The position numbers and the translations under genes are program-made. Source: the human T2T-CHM13v2.0 reference genome, Homo sapiens. From it: 64,000 bases of DNA. Positions within the stretch are counted from its first letter, which is position 1. Every line of letters starts with the position of its first letter. Positions 1-16,100 of the stretch are shown one piece after another. The notes beneath the pieces were generated by a model that saw only the letters and a list, made by a program, of their open reading frames with translations, searched no databases and was not told the DNA's origin. Location of the stretch: assembly GCF_009914755.1 (NCBI RefSeq), contig NC_060940.1, one strand, 5' to 3'.

Positions 1-1
1 G

Positions 2-330
<329 letters not shown>

Positions 331-902
331 GTGTAATTTCATCTCAAATAAATAAATGTGTATAGCTCATTGTTCATTATTGTATGGCATTTTCCTGGAC
401 ATTTTGTACAATACATATGTGTACTTAACAATGGAAGAAAAATATTCCAAATATAGTAGAAGAAAAAAAAATTTTGGCCAGAGGTTTCCAACACATTTTA
501 TTTTGCAGATCACAGATTTAAAGCTTTTGAAGACCATCATCTCTATCAATTCCTATAAAATGTCCAATCAATTTCAGTTTCATAGCAGGCTCTTCTGTAC
601 TGCATGCCATGCTTATAGCTGGAGGTCTGGTCACACACACATGAAGGTTGCCCGCTGGTTCCTGGAGATGGTCATGTCCAAGAAGCCTCTTCCAGGGAGC
701 TTCATCTTCCCGGCGGGGGGGTTCCTTTGGCAAGAAGTGGATACGTTTACACATGAGGCTTTGGTGCCTGTGAGCGGGAAGTGTCAGAAACTTTCAGGAT
801 ATGCTGCTTCTCTTAGGAAGTCAGGGACCCAAGGATCTAGTGCCCTTGCGCTTAATGAGAAGGATTCCTCCTCATTGTTTAGTGGGTTAAAATACAAGGA
901 AG

Positions 903-1252
<350 letters not shown>

Positions 1253-1305
1253 TTAAGTAACACAGATAACACCTTTTTAGATCACCTATTTATTCTAGAA
1301 CTACA

Positions 1306-1687
<382 letters not shown>

Positions 1688-1783
1688 TAAAATCTAGTCT
1701 TTTCCGGTAAATTGCACTTTAGTCAAAACCCTCCCAATGCTTCTAAAATAATACTAAAAGGGGCATCTAGTAATACAGGAGCA

Positions 1784-2067
<284 letters not shown>

Positions 2068-2266
2068 TAAATATTTATTTGAATAACAAGCTTACATTTG
2101 AGCTGCAACATTGGCAATTCAGACTTTGAACATGGATCACAAAAAGCATGTATAAAATACTACTGGCCCAGAGAACAAAACACTGCTAAGAATTAGGCTA
2201 AATAGCTGCTGCTTTTAAGAAAATAAAAGGCCTGAAATCAATATACAAAATTTTACAAAATGTATT

Positions 2267-2567
2267 GGCCAGGCACAGTGGCTCACGCCTGTAATGCCAC
2301 ACTTTGGGAGGCCAAGATAGGAGGATCACTTGAGGTCAGGAGGTCAAGACCAGCCTGGCCAACATGGTGAAAGTCCGTCTCTACTAAAAATAAAAAATTA
2401 GCTGGGTGTGGTGATGTGCACCTGTAGTCCCAGCTACCCAGCAGGCTGAGGCAGAGGAATTGGCTCAAACCCAGGAGGCAGAGGTTGCAGTGAGCCCAGA
2501 TCATGCTATTGCACTCTGGCCTGGGCAACAGGTGAGATTCTGTCTCAGGAAAAAAAAAAAAAAAAAA
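2267..2567 (+). mobile_element. Alu
   Basis: GGCCAGGCACAGTGGCTCACGCC...poly-A. Confidence 0.95.
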
Positions 2568-2718
2568 GATATTAAACAGTAGCATATACAGAACAATCTT
2601 TGTTATTGACTAAACTTAAAAATTATTTGCATAGTTAATTATATATTGCAAATGAGCATAATACATGAACTTCCTTTTGGAGGGCAATTCCTTGTTACAC
2701 TAAGAAACATCTAATTTT

Positions 2719-3031
2719 GGCCGGGCGCAGTGGCTCATGCCTGTAATTCCAGCACTTTGGGAGGCCAAGATGGGCAGGTCACCTGAGGTCAGGAGTTGGA
2801 GACCAGCCTGCCAAATATGGCAAAAACCCATCCCTACTAAAAATACAAAAAAATTAGCTGGGTGTGGTGGTGGGCGCCTGTAGTCCCAGCTCCTTAGGGA
2901 GACTGAGGCAGGAGAATCGCTTGAACCGGGGAGGCAGAGGTTGCATTGAGCTGAGATTGTGCCACTGCACTCTGACCTGGGCAACAAGAGTAAAACTCAG
3001 TCTTAAAAAACAAACAAACAAACAAACAAAA
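2719..3031 (+). mobile_element. Alu
   Basis: GGCCGGGCGCAGTGGCTCATGCC...(CAAA)n tail. Confidence 0.95.
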
Positions 3032-3081
3032 ATACCTAATTACATCGCATTGCAAAACAATCTCATTTTTGCTGTCAATAA

Positions 3082-3554
<473 letters not shown>

Positions 3555-3749
3555 AAGACTAGGCTTTTCAAATCAAAGAGAATCTTGCAACCCTCTTACA
3601 ACTGGGTTACCATCGTGTGCCACTTACCAACGCTGTCTTTCCAGAAAACCATTCAAGATACTAAAAAAAGATTAGACTTATACGATAAACATACATAAAA
3701 TGAAAAGACACCAACTGCTATTGGTAATGTCTGTCATATGTGAAAACAC

Positions 3750-4063
<314 letters not shown>

Positions 4064-4501
4064 GTGAAAGCACTCTTAAAAACAGAGTACCTCTGCTGCC
4101 TGGTCACATTCTGTACCTGTTCCCAAACCCTGAAGCCAGTGATGTCAGTGGCTGCATGGGCACTGAACAGGTACATGATTCCTGCAGCTTTCCTGTTGAC
4201 CTGGACCATGTTCATCAATGCTTTTCAGTACGTTAATTCTACATCTTCTTGGATGACCACTAGTTTAATTTTGTTTCATTTTTCAGGAATATCCAGCCAC
4301 TGGTGCACAGCCATTGCCACTTGTGCCCCCACGGGATCTTGTCAACTCCAGTATGTCCCCTCAGCACTGTGTTATCTGGCATAATAAATGTAGTTGGGCT
4401 GTAGTTGTAGTGAGTCCTCCCAAAACAACCCAGGAGTTTAATACTGTTTGGCCACTGGTTACAAACATTCCTGCTTCTTCTGCTGTGACTTTAAAAGCCT
4501 A

Positions 4502-4753
<252 letters not shown>

Positions 4754-5039
4754 CTATCTATTCAGGGACATCACCTTTCCCTGCCAGTCATTTTGTTACC
4801 AATGAAACTATTCAAATCAATTTTTAGTTCAGAAAAAGTTTATTTTATTGTATCTTTTAACTTTTTTATTGTTCTGCATTTTTTACTTCAAAAACACCTA
4901 CTATATGTATTTTTTTCTCTTTTGTTTCCTTTTTTTTTCCAAGAAATGTTTTTGTTACTTTCCTTTTTGATTTCTTCACTGACCATTACCATTATTTATA
5001 TACCATGTACTTGGAGAGTTTCCAACATTTCTCGTTATT

Positions 5040-5530
5040 GACTTTTAATTTTATGCCATTTTGGTCTGAGAAGATACTTGCTATGATTTTCATTTTTTAA
5101 ATGCTCTTTTGAGATTTGTTTGTTTTGTGTCCTAAAATGTGGTCTATCCTGGAGAATATTTTGTGAGCTGATTTTGTGAGCACGTTCTGCAGTTGGTGGG
5201 TGAAATATTCTGTAATTACCTATCAGGTTTCTTTGATTTATACTGGAGTGTAAGTCTGATCTTTGTTGCTTTTCTGCCTGGAAGGTGTGTCTGTTGCTGA
5301 AAGTGGGTGTTGAAGTCCCCAGCTATTATTGTCTGACTCTGTTGCTCGAATAACTCTTACTTTAATAACTGGGGCTCCTGTGTCAGGTGTGTTTACATTG
5401 ACAACTGTTCTACCTTCTTACTGAATTGATCCCTTTATCATTTTATAATGACCTTTATTTTCTATTTTTGTGCTTTTTTGACTTAAAGCCTATTTTGTGT
5501 GACAAGCATAGCTACACATACCCACTTTTG
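5040..5530 (-). mobile_element. Old L1 fragment
   Basis: Antisense L1 ORF2-like text (TGGTCTGAGAAGATACTTG...GTTGAAGTCCCCAGCTATTATTG). Confidence 0.7.
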
Positions 5531-5879
5531 GTAACACCTTTCATTTCTTATCATCTTCATTGAATCTCACTTCTTCACATTTACCAAAATGTCTACTTTT
5601 GAGCCATGGCACTTCTTTGAATCTTCAGATCCACCATATCCTGATCAAGCCTTCCTTTTTATCTGTACTCTGAGGAATCAAAAACAGGCATTTTTACAAG
5701 AAAGTCTAGGAGGGAAACATAAATCTACGTGTCAAAAGAATGAACATAGAAAATAATGTGTCCTGGTTAACAAAAGTTCTCATTGTAAAGTGTTATGCAC
5801 AAGATTATGGAATTTTATGTGCCATAAATGAAATTGTCTTGATTTGTCTAAAACTACTTTTAAAAATTACATGTTACTC

Positions 5880-6006
5880 TAATAAATTTTGCTGCTGCTC
5901 ACTCTTTGGGTCTGCTCCACCTTTAAGAACTGTAACACTCACCATGAGCATCCGTGGTTTCATTCTTGAAGTCGGCCAGACCAAGAACCCACCAATTCTG
6001 GACACA
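5880..6006 (+). mobile_element. LTR12-like (HERV-9) 3' terminal fragment
   Basis: AATAAA..GCTGCTGCTCACTCTTTGGGTC...CTGTAACACTCACC...ACCAAGAACCCACCAATTCTGGACACA matches the recalled LTR12 3' end. Confidence 0.8.
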
Positions 6007-6009
6007 GTA

Positions 6010-6510
6010 GGAGAAATGTCCAGGTAGGAGCTAGGTGCTGCGGGGCTGGATGCAGGTAGGAACAGGGTGTGGTAGGAGCAGGGTGACAGCTGGGCCAGGT
6101 CCAGGAAGGGGCAGAGTGCGGGTAGGAGCAGGGTGCTGGTGGCGCAGGGCGCAGGTAGAAGCGGGGTGCAGGTTGAGCCAGGATGCTGACGGGGCAGGGC
6201 AGGGTCCTGGCGGGGGGAAGCGTGGGTAGGCGCAGCGTGCGGGTAGGATCGGGGTGCTGGAGGGGCATGGGAGGGTAGGACGGGGTGCGGTAAGGGCAGG
6301 GTGATTGCAGGGCGGGGCGCGGGTAGGATGCGGTGCTGGCAGGGCCAGGTGTGGGTAGGAGCAGGGTGCTGGCGGGGTGGGGTGCGGTTAGGACTGGGCA
6401 GTGGGTAGGTGAAGGGTGATGGCAGGGCAGGGCAGGGCATTGGTAGGAGCGGGGTGCCAGCAGGAGTAGGGTACAGGACGCGGGTAAGATCGGAACCTGG
6501 TGCAGGAAAG
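6010..6510. repeat. G-rich degenerate minisatellite (GGGTAGGAGCAGGGTGCTGGC-like units)
   Basis: Repeated GGTAGGA and GGGTGC motifs with strong G skew on the + strand. Confidence 0.85.
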
Positions 6511-7654
6511 GCCACCAGTAGCCTGGGTCCCAGAACCTCTGCAGGCGCAGCCGCTCCTTTCACCTGGTGTGCCAGCTTGCAGTTTGTGCATTTGTCCCTT
6601 TTGGCTGCACAGAGAAGGCAGGGAAACTGCGTGGGAATGCAAGGTCGGGAACGGCCGGGGGTGCGACCAAGGGGACTTGGAGAACCGCCCCACCTCCCCA
6701 GGTTCCCCTGGCAGAGCGCACCACCCCCCGCCCCCGCGATTTTTCACAGGCCCAGGCCCTGTGGAGCTGGGCCTCTGTGGAAGGGGTGGGGGCAGGGCAG
6801 AGGCAGGAGGACAGAAAGAGCTGGGCAGGGAAGGGGGCCAAGAGAGCCTTTCTCAACATCCAGGTTAGTGGATAGGCTGGGGGTCCTGCAGGGCTAGCCA
6901 GGAAGAAATGTAACCATGTGTGGAAAAACAGGAATTGGGAAGGGGTGAGGAAGAGGAGTTGGTCACCAGGCAGCAGGTGTTGCCTTAGGCAATCATAGGG
7001 GCTGAGGGGCTGGCTTCTCATTGTCAGGCCCTGGGCTGGTAAGTTTCAAGGAAATCAAATGAAACAAATGTAACTTTCTTTAAGACTAGCAGAATCAATT
7101 TCTCTGTTTATTCAAGGAAGCTGTATACATCCGGTCTATGGGAGAATTGGGCACCTTTCAGTCTCATGCATTTTGTCACAGGGAAAAGAACTGGAGAACA
7201 GTTTGTTGATTGAGGAGCTGAAGTATTAAGTACAGAGCCACATACATACTTAAAGACCCTGTGAAAAAAATTAATGAACAAAAAATAATTGGAAGAAGGT
7301 GAGCAATTATCTGAAACTTTCAAAGGATAAAATGACTACTGGGCATTTGGCTAAGTAGGTAAAATTAAGTGGAGACAGGAGGAACTGTACAGAGCATAAA
7401 ACTTACATAATTAAAAAGTTTGGGGCCAGGCGCAGTGGCTCAAATCTGTAATCCCAGTCCTTTGAATATTTATATGACTGGGCCAGTGCACCTAAATAAT
7501 TAATAAATATCCTCCTGAACCCCACTGTTCTCTCTGATTCCTTAAAAATCCCGCTACAAATAACTACTTGTGTTAGGCACACAAGTCCTAAACAACTCTT
7601 GAACACAAAATTTTTAAACCAGATAAGTTTTATCCTTTATAAAACTGGAATAAT

Positions 7655-7830
7655 TTATCAGAGGGTGAAGGGTGAGAGGAGGAAGAGGATCAGGAAAAAT
7701 AACTAATGGGCACTAGGCTTAATACCTGGGTGATGAAATAATCTGTACAACAAACCCCCATGACACAATTTACCTATATAACAAAGCTGCACATCATATA
7801 CCCCTGAACTTAAAAGTTAAATTTTTAAAA
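7655..7830 (+). mobile_element. L1 3' end fragment
   Basis: GGAAAAATAACTAATGGG..CTAGGCTTAATACCTGGGTGATGAAATAATCTGTACAACAAACCCCCATGACAC. Confidence 0.85.
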
Positions 7831-10115
7831 AGTAAGTTTTTAAAAATGTATATTATGTCCAGTACTATGGACGCTGTTCACTGAAATGGATATTTAACAT
7901 TAAAGGTCCAATTAAAGCATTTCCAGAACTTAAAAAAGAAAGCAAATATTTTTTCTTGCAGTTAAGTTCTATAGCAGAAAAAAGACAAATAAATACACTT
8001 AAATTTTAATGTATACAGTGAAATAATGTATTACAGTATTATTTCAAACATACCATTGTTTAATAAAATATTAATAACTGTATAAGAGATTTTAGCTATT
8101 TTTGCACATAGTCTCAGATTTTTAAATAAGCACTTTTTAGATTTAATAACATTGAAGGAATATCTGTAAGAACTTAATATCAGAATTAATACAAATGATT
8201 TCTGTCACTTCCATGCTCATAAAATTAAGAAACTCTTAAATGTCAAATCTGATTAAATATCAAAAATTACTCATATAAATGCCATAGCTTGGAAATTGGA
8301 TGTTACTGGATTTTATAGCACAAAAAGTATAAGTTCCTCTTTCAAAATGAAAATGAAATGTACTGTAGTTATTCCAGGGTATATTTAAAGAGCAATAAAT
8401 TCAAGGAATATGAAAGCAAATAAATTAGGAAGTCAAAACAAGATTATCTGGACATTGTATAGAGTTATGTATCTATTATTTTAGCTCATTCAGAATATTG
8501 TGGTATAAGCATTTTCTAGAAGATATATATAATCCAACAATATGTTTCTGTTATTTTCTTGGACTAATTGAGATTTGCTATTAGATGAACAATAATGTCT
8601 TATTTTATATAATGGCTCAAATATAATTTTATATGATACTATGCCTGAACACAGTGAACAAAATCTATATAGGTAACAATGATGCAGCTTAATTTTAAGT
8701 AGTGAAGCAAAGCTGTCTTCTGCTCAGAACAAAGTTATTTTTCTTTAAATGCATTAAACATAAGGGAAATATTAGTAGGACTTGATGAACAACAGTTAAT
8801 AGTGATAATTGAAACCATCCAATCACCTACCCATATACTATGACATTTATTATATAGGAAATTTCATCAAAATGTTACATTGTGTAAAATAAAATCATGG
8901 GGCTTGATTTCTTTAGGGTCTTTAATCTTTGTGGAAGAATTTCAACCTCAGCTAAAATTTAGAAAATGAATTCCGATGAAACTTGAAAGACTGAAATATT
9001 TTAATCTCCCTACATCAGGAACTGCAGATAGACACTGTTACTAACTGGCTTCCTATGGGCCAGGGCTGAGAGGAAAGGCAAAGCAAACATTTGGTGCCCT
9101 ATCTATATAATGGAGCTTTTTTTTTACAACTCAGATTATTACCCATCCCATCTTTCAGTAGGCTGGGAAGAAAAATGAGGAAATACTCCTTTCTTTCTAA
9201 TGCAAAAGAAGATTAAAATTGTATGTATTTACCATGTAGAACATGATGTTTTGAAGTATATATACATTGTGGAATGACTAAATCCAGCTAATTAACATAT
9301 GTATTATCACATATTTTGATCACTTTTGTGGTTAAAACACTTAACACCTACTCTCTTAGCATTTCTCAACAGTACAATAAGTTATTAAGTGTAATTCACC
9401 ATGTAGTAGGTTAGATCTACTGAATTTATTCCTTCTGACTGAAATTTTATATCCTTTGATTAACATATATGCAGCCTTCCCAGATCTCAACCACCCCAGC
9501 CTCTGGTCACCATGATTCTACTCTCTGTTTAAGTTCTATCATTTTAGCTTCCACATATAAGTGAGAATATGTGGTATTTGTGCGTCTGGCTTATTTCACT
9601 TAGCATAACGGTCTGCAGGTTCATCCCTGTTGTCACGAATGACAGGATTTCCCTCATTCTATGGCTGAATAGTACTCCTTTCTGTATATTTACCACATTT
9701 TTAATCCATTCATCTGTTGATGGGCACTTAGGTTGACTCCATATCTTGGCTATCGTGAATAATAGTGAAATGAACTTGGGAGTGCCAATTTCACTTCTTT
9801 TGGATATATACCCAGAATTAAATTGCTGGATCATGTGGTAGTTCTATTTTTAATTTTCTGAGGAACCTCCATACTGATTCCATAATGGCTATACTAATCA
9901 GAATCCCAAAAACGTACAAGCTGCCCTTTACGCCACAGCATCACCAACACTTATCTCTTGCTTTTGGTAATAGCCATTCTTAAATGTGTGAGGAAATATC
10001 TTGTGGTTTTGATTTGCATTTCCCTGATTAGTGATTTGAGCATTTTTTCAGACTCCAGTTGATCATTTGTATGTCTTCTTTTGAGAAATGACTATTCAAG
10101 TCCTTTGCCCATTTT

Positions 10116-10116
<1 letters not shown>

Positions 10117-10148
<32 letters not shown>

Positions 10149-10423
10149 GTGAGACGGAGTCTCTGTTGCCAGGCTGGAGTGCAGTGGTGTATCTTGGCTC
10201 ACGGTGACCTCTGCCTCCAGGGTTCAAGCGATTCTTCTGCTTCAGCCTCCAAAGTAGCTGGGACTACAGGTGTGCGCCCCCATGCCCAGCTAATTTTTGT
10301 GTTTTTAGTAGAGAAGGGATTTCACTATGTTGGCCAGTATGGTCTCGATCTGTTGACCTCATGATTCACCTGCCTCGGCCTCCCAAATGCTGAGATTACA
10401 GGTCTGAGCCACCGCGCCTGGCC
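10117..10423 (-). mobile_element. Alu within L1
   Basis: Poly-T followed by antisense Alu. Confidence 0.95.
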
Positions 10424-10679
10424 TCAAATTTCTTTGTTTCTTGCTATTGAGTTGTTTGAATTCTTTATATTTTTTGGATAGTAGCTTCTTATCAGATGTG
10501 TGGTTTGCAGATATTTTCTCCCATTCTGTAGGTTTTCTCCACTCTGTTCATTGTATCCTTTGCTGTGCAGAAGCTTCTTAGTTTGCTGTAATATCATTTG
10601 TCTATTTTTGCTTTTGTTGTGTGTGCTTTTAGGGTAAAATCCAAAATATCATTGCCCAGATCAGTCTCATGGAGCTTGA

Positions 10680-10898
10680 GCTTGGGAGTCTGAGACCAGC
10701 CTGGGCAACATACATCACGTCTCAAAAAAAAAATAAATAAATAAAAGCCATGTGTCATGGCATATGCCTGTAGTTCCAACTACTCAGGAGGCTGAGGCAG
10801 GAGGATCACTTGAGGCAGGGAGGTGTGGGCTGCAGTTAGCCGTGATCATGCCACTGCATTCCAGTCTGGGTGGCAGAGACTGTCTCAAGAAAAAAAAA
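10680..10898 (+). mobile_element. 5'-truncated old Alu (AluJ-like)
   Basis: GAGACCAGCCTGGGCAACATA...GGAGGATCACTTGAG. Confidence 0.85.
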
Positions 10899-11202
10899 TC
10901 ATGTCATCTGCAAATGAACAACTCAACGTTTTTCTTTCCAATTTGGATGCCTTTTGTTTCTGTTGCCTAACTGTTCTAAGACCTCCAGTACTATACTGAA
11001 TAGAAGTGGTGAGAGGGCATCCTTGTCTTGTTCTGGATCTTCTTTCTCTGTTGATTATGATGCTAGCTGTGACTCTGTCATATGTGGCTTTTATTGTGTA
11101 GTTGCACATTCTTTATATACCTAATTTGTTGAGAGTTTTCATCACTAATAGATGTTGAATCTGTCAGATTCTTTTTTCTGCATATATTTAATGCTCACAG
11201 AG

Positions 11203-11470
11203 TCATATGGTTTGGATCTCTGTCTCTACCCAGATCTCATGTTCAATTGTAATCCCCAATGTTGAAGATGGGGCCTCGTGGGAGGCGATTGGGTCGTGGG
11301 GACAGTTTCTCATGGTTTAACACCATCCCCCTTGGTGTTTTCATGGCAATAGCAAGTTATCATGAGATCATGTTTTAAAGTGTGTAGCATCTGCCCCCAC
11401 CCCTCATGCTCCAGCCATGTGAAGTGCCAGTTTCCCCTTTGCCTTCCAATGAGCAGATGCTGCCATCTGT
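11203..11470. mobile_element. MaLR LTR (MST-type) fragment
   Basis: ATATGGTTTGGATCTCTGTC..CCCAGATCTCATGTTCAATTGTAATCCCCAATGTTG is a typical MST terminus. Confidence 0.85.
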
Positions 11471-12722
11471 TATTGTAATCTCATCCTCTCATAAAAGTGT
11501 ATTATATTTCTCATAACCAGCCCTTCATATTCTATTCCTATTTTGGTATTTTAAAATAAAATATCCTTGAAACACTTGAATTCAAAGAGAGAATCTGAAT
11601 GGTTTTTAAAAAGTCAATGAAATGCCGTTTCTTCATGCTTGAACAACTAAAAATTGACTAAAGTGCTTCTCTTCAAACTTTCTGGAACATTTTTTATCTA
11701 AATTCTAAGAGCAATCACGATAGGTTTTAACCACAATTGTGAGAATATTCTAAATGTTAGGGTGGAAAAAAATTTAAAATAATTTTATAGTAATTTTTTT
11801 ATCATGGTGACAGTGTGCTAAATTTTTTTAAGTGAAATATTACTGTAGACATTTAAGTCAAGATTCTAAGAAACTGTTGTAAAGTCCAAAATTTTGTTTC
11901 ATATACAATGCTATTATATATATATTTGCATATAAAATTAATATATGTGAGCCATGTTTCAAATGCTTGAGAGATTATTATATCAAAGATTCTTGATTAT
12001 ATAAAATGCCAATTACTTATAGGCACACATGCTTTAAATAATTACAAAGGCAGTTGTGGTTGATTCTACTCTTGCTACTGGCATTTATGTGGACATAATA
12101 CTATGGTCTGAAGAATATTTAGGCAAATTTATCCCTCATATGATCAGAAGAACAATGCAAGATAGCCTATATCTGAAAGGAAAAAAATTTTTATATGGTT
12201 CTGAAAGCCTAAATCATTAACAACTTGGATAATAATTGGCATAAAAATACACAAACATGCCCTCTTCCTAGTAGTAGGCACACAGTGACAACAGAATCAA
12301 AGCATGTGGCTATGTGCATGTTTATATTTCAAGACGCAGAGCACTCTATTCCTCTTCTCTGCCCTTTGTACATGGCACAATTCCTCATGAATCTAAGTGC
12401 AGTCATAGGGTGGATGAAGGTGACCTGCCATTTATATGCAACTGATCTCTATTTTGGAAGTAATTAAAGTAAAAATATATTTTTAAAAGATAATTTCAAA
12501 TTTCAGTGCAAACTAGCATGGTTTCACCCCTTTTCTTTGTAACATTTTTTCTAAGGTTGGAAAAGTAAGGTAGGGTTTAGTACGATTTTTAATAATAAGT
12601 TTTCAAAGTGAGATGCAAAATGGTGGCGCCAACACATTTCAAGTCTGCTACATTTTGAGTACACTTATTGGAGAAAATACCTTCTCATCATTTTTCTCTT
12701 ACAGGAAAGGTAATAACATGTA

Positions 12723-13096
12723 CAGCTGACCCTTAAGCAACACGGAGGTTGAGGTGCTGGCCCCCCTGCACAGTAGAAAATCCACTATAACTTTGACTCC
12801 CCCCAAAATAACTACTAATAGCCTATACTAAGCCTTGCAAATAACACAAGCAGCCAATTAACACATATTTAATATGTTATATGTCTTATATACTGTATTC
12901 TTAACAAACATGCCAGAGAAAAGAAAAAGAAAATCATAAGGAAAATATACTTACTCGTTATTAAATGGAAGTAGATGATCAAACAGGTCTTCATCCTCAT
13001 CCTTTTCATGGGCAGGGTGTGGAGAAGGATGTAGAATTCTTGGTTTTGCTAAGTGGACCTGCACAGTTCAAACCCTTGTGGTGCAAAGGCCATCTG
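12723..13096. mobile_element. Tigger2/MER8-like TcMar DNA transposon derivative
   Basis: Terminal inverted repeats CAGCTGACCCTTAAGCAACAC / GTGGTGCAAAGGCCATCTG, flanked by TA on both sides. Confidence 0.8.
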
Positions 13097-13189
13097 TATA
13101 GCCTTTGAATAGCAATTTATTTTTAGAAATTAAACTCACTAAAATACTCTTAGAAGGATGCCAAGAAAAAAATCAATAAGTATTTTTGG

Positions 13190-16100
13190 TTCATCTATTT
13201 CATCATTTCATTTCATTTCATCATCATTTCATCATTTCATTTCATCATGCCATTTCATTTCATCCTTTAATTTCATCATTTCATCATTTCATTTCATCAT
13301 TTCATCTCATTATTTCATTTCATCTCATTTCATCATTTCATTTCATTCTTTCATTGCATCATTTCATCATTTCATCTCATGATTTCATTTCATCTCATCA
13401 TTTCACTTCATTTCATTTCATCTCATGATTTCATTGCATCTCATCATTTCATCTTTTCATCTTGTCATTTCATTTCATCATTTCATATTTTCATCTCATC
13501 ATTTCATCATTTCATTTCATCAATTCATCATTTCAGTTCATTTATTTCATCATTTCGTTTCATCATTTAATTTCATCATTTCACTTCATTTCATCATTTC
13601 ATATAATTTCATCATTTCATTTCATCATTTCATCTTTTTTCATTTCATAATTTCATCATTCCACTTCATCATTCCACTTCATCATTCCACTTCATCATTT
13701 CATTTCATTTCATTTCATCATTTCATCTCATCATTTCATCTCATCATTTCATTTCATTCATTTCATCTCATGATTTCATTTCATCTCATCATTTCACTTC
13801 ATCTCATCATTACACCATTTCATCTCATGATTTCATTTCATCTAGTCATTTCATTTCATCTCATCATTTCATCTTTTCATCTCGTCATTTCATTTCACCG
13901 TTTCTTTTCATCTCGTCATTACACTTCATTTCATCATTTCATCAATTCATCATTTCATCATTTCATTTCATTATTTCATCATTTCGTCATTTCACTTCAT
14001 TTCATCATTTCATATAATTTCATCATTTCATTTTATCATTTCTTTTAATTTCATTTCATCATTTCACTTTATTTCATCATTTCATATCATTTCATTTCAT
14101 CATTTCATCTTTTCATGTCATTTCATCATTTCATCATTTCATTTCATTCTTTCATTTCATCATTGCATTTCATCATTTCATCATTTCATCTCATGATTTC
14201 ATCTCACCATTTCACTTCATCTCATCATTTCATCTCATTATTTCATCTCATCATTTCATTACATCCCATCATTTCATGTTTTCATCTCGTCATTTGATCA
14301 TTTCATTTCAGTTCATCTTTTCATCTCGTCAGTTCATTTCATCATTTCATTTCATCATCATTTCAGTTCATTTATTTCATCATTTCATTTCATCATTTAA
14401 TTTCATCATTTCACTTCATTTCATCATTTCATTTCATTTCATATCATTTCATCATTTCATCTTTTAATTTCATTTCATAATTTCATCATTCCACTTCATC
14501 ATTTCGTTTCATCATTTCATTTCCTCATTTCATCATTTCATTTCATCCTTTCATTTCATCTCATCATTTCATCCTTTCATTTCATTCTTTCATTTCATTA
14601 TTTCATCTCATCATTTCATCTCATCATTTCATTTCATCATTTCACTTCATCTCATCATTTCATCATTTTATCTCATGATTTCATTTCATCTCATCATTTC
14701 ATTTCATATCATTTCATTTCATCTTTTCATCTCGTCATTTCACTTAATCATTTTATTTCATTTTATCTTTTCATCTCATCATTTCATTTCATCATTTCAT
14801 CATTTCATTTCACTTCATTTCATTTCATCATTTCGTATCATTTCTTCATTTCATTTCATCTTTTCATTTCATTTCATCATTTCATCATTTCATTTCATTT
14901 CATCATTTCACTTCATCATTTCATTTCTTCATTTCATTTCATTTCCTCATTTCATTGCACCATTTCATCACTTCATCATTTCATCATTCCATTTCATCAT
15001 TTCATCATTTCATTTCATTTCATCTCATCATTTCATTTCATTTCCTCATTTCACCATTACATTTCATCTCATTTCATCATTTTATCATTTCATTTCATCA
15101 TTTCATTTCTTCATTTCATTTTGTTTCATCATTTCATCATTTCCTTTCATTTCATCATTTCATCTCATCATTTCATCTCATCATTTCATCTCATTTCATT
15201 TCATTCATTTCATCATTTCATCATTTCATCTCATGATTTCATTTCATCTCATCATTTCACTTCATCTCATCATTACACCATTTCATCTCATGATTTCATC
15301 TAGTCATTTCATTTCATCTCATCATTTCATCTTTTCATCTCGTCATTTCATTTCATCATTTCATTTCATCTTTTCATCTCGTCATTTCATTTCATTTCAT
15401 TTTATCAATTCATCAATTTATCATTTCATTTCATTTCATTTCATTATTTCATCATTTCATCATTTCATCATTTCACTTCACTTCATCATTTCATTATTTC
15501 ATATAATTTCATCATTTCATTTTATCATTTCTTTTAATTTCATTTCATCATTTCATCATTTCACTTTATTTCATCATTTCATATCATTTCATCATTTCAT
15601 TTCATCATTTCATCTTTTCATTTAGTTTCATTATTTCATCATTTCACTTCATCATTTCATTTCATTTCCTCATTTCATCATTTCATTTCATTTCCTTTCA
15701 TCATTTCATCTCATCATTTCATCCTTTCATTATTTCATTTCATCATTTCATGTCATCATTTCACTTCATCATTTCATCATTTCATTTCATCATTTCACTT
15801 CATCTCCTCACTTCATCATTTCATCTCATCATTTCATCTCATCATTTCGTTTCATCTTTCCATCTCATCATTTCATTTAATCATTTCATTTCATCTTTTC
15901 ATCTCATCATTTCATTTCATTTCATCATTTCATTTCATCAATTCATCATTTCATTTCATTTTATTATTTCATCATTTCATCATTTCACTTCATTTCCTCA
16001 TTTCATTTCATCATTTCATATTTCTTCATCATTTCATCTTTTCATTTCATTTCATCATTTTATCATTTCATTTCATTTCATCATTTCACTTCGTCATTTC

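Larger units (their letters stand above)
9215..11190 (-). mobile_element. Old L1 (L1MA-like) 3' portion interrupted by Alus
   Basis: Antisense L1 3'UTR and ORF2; ORF 9544..9834 resembles the ORF2 C-terminus (LFTIAKIWSQPKCPSTDEWIK). Confidence 0.9.

Noticed and set aside
5874-7021. Pro-rich and Gly-rich overlapping ORFs
   Set aside because: Products of the G-rich minisatellite and GC-rich DNA; open in several frames.
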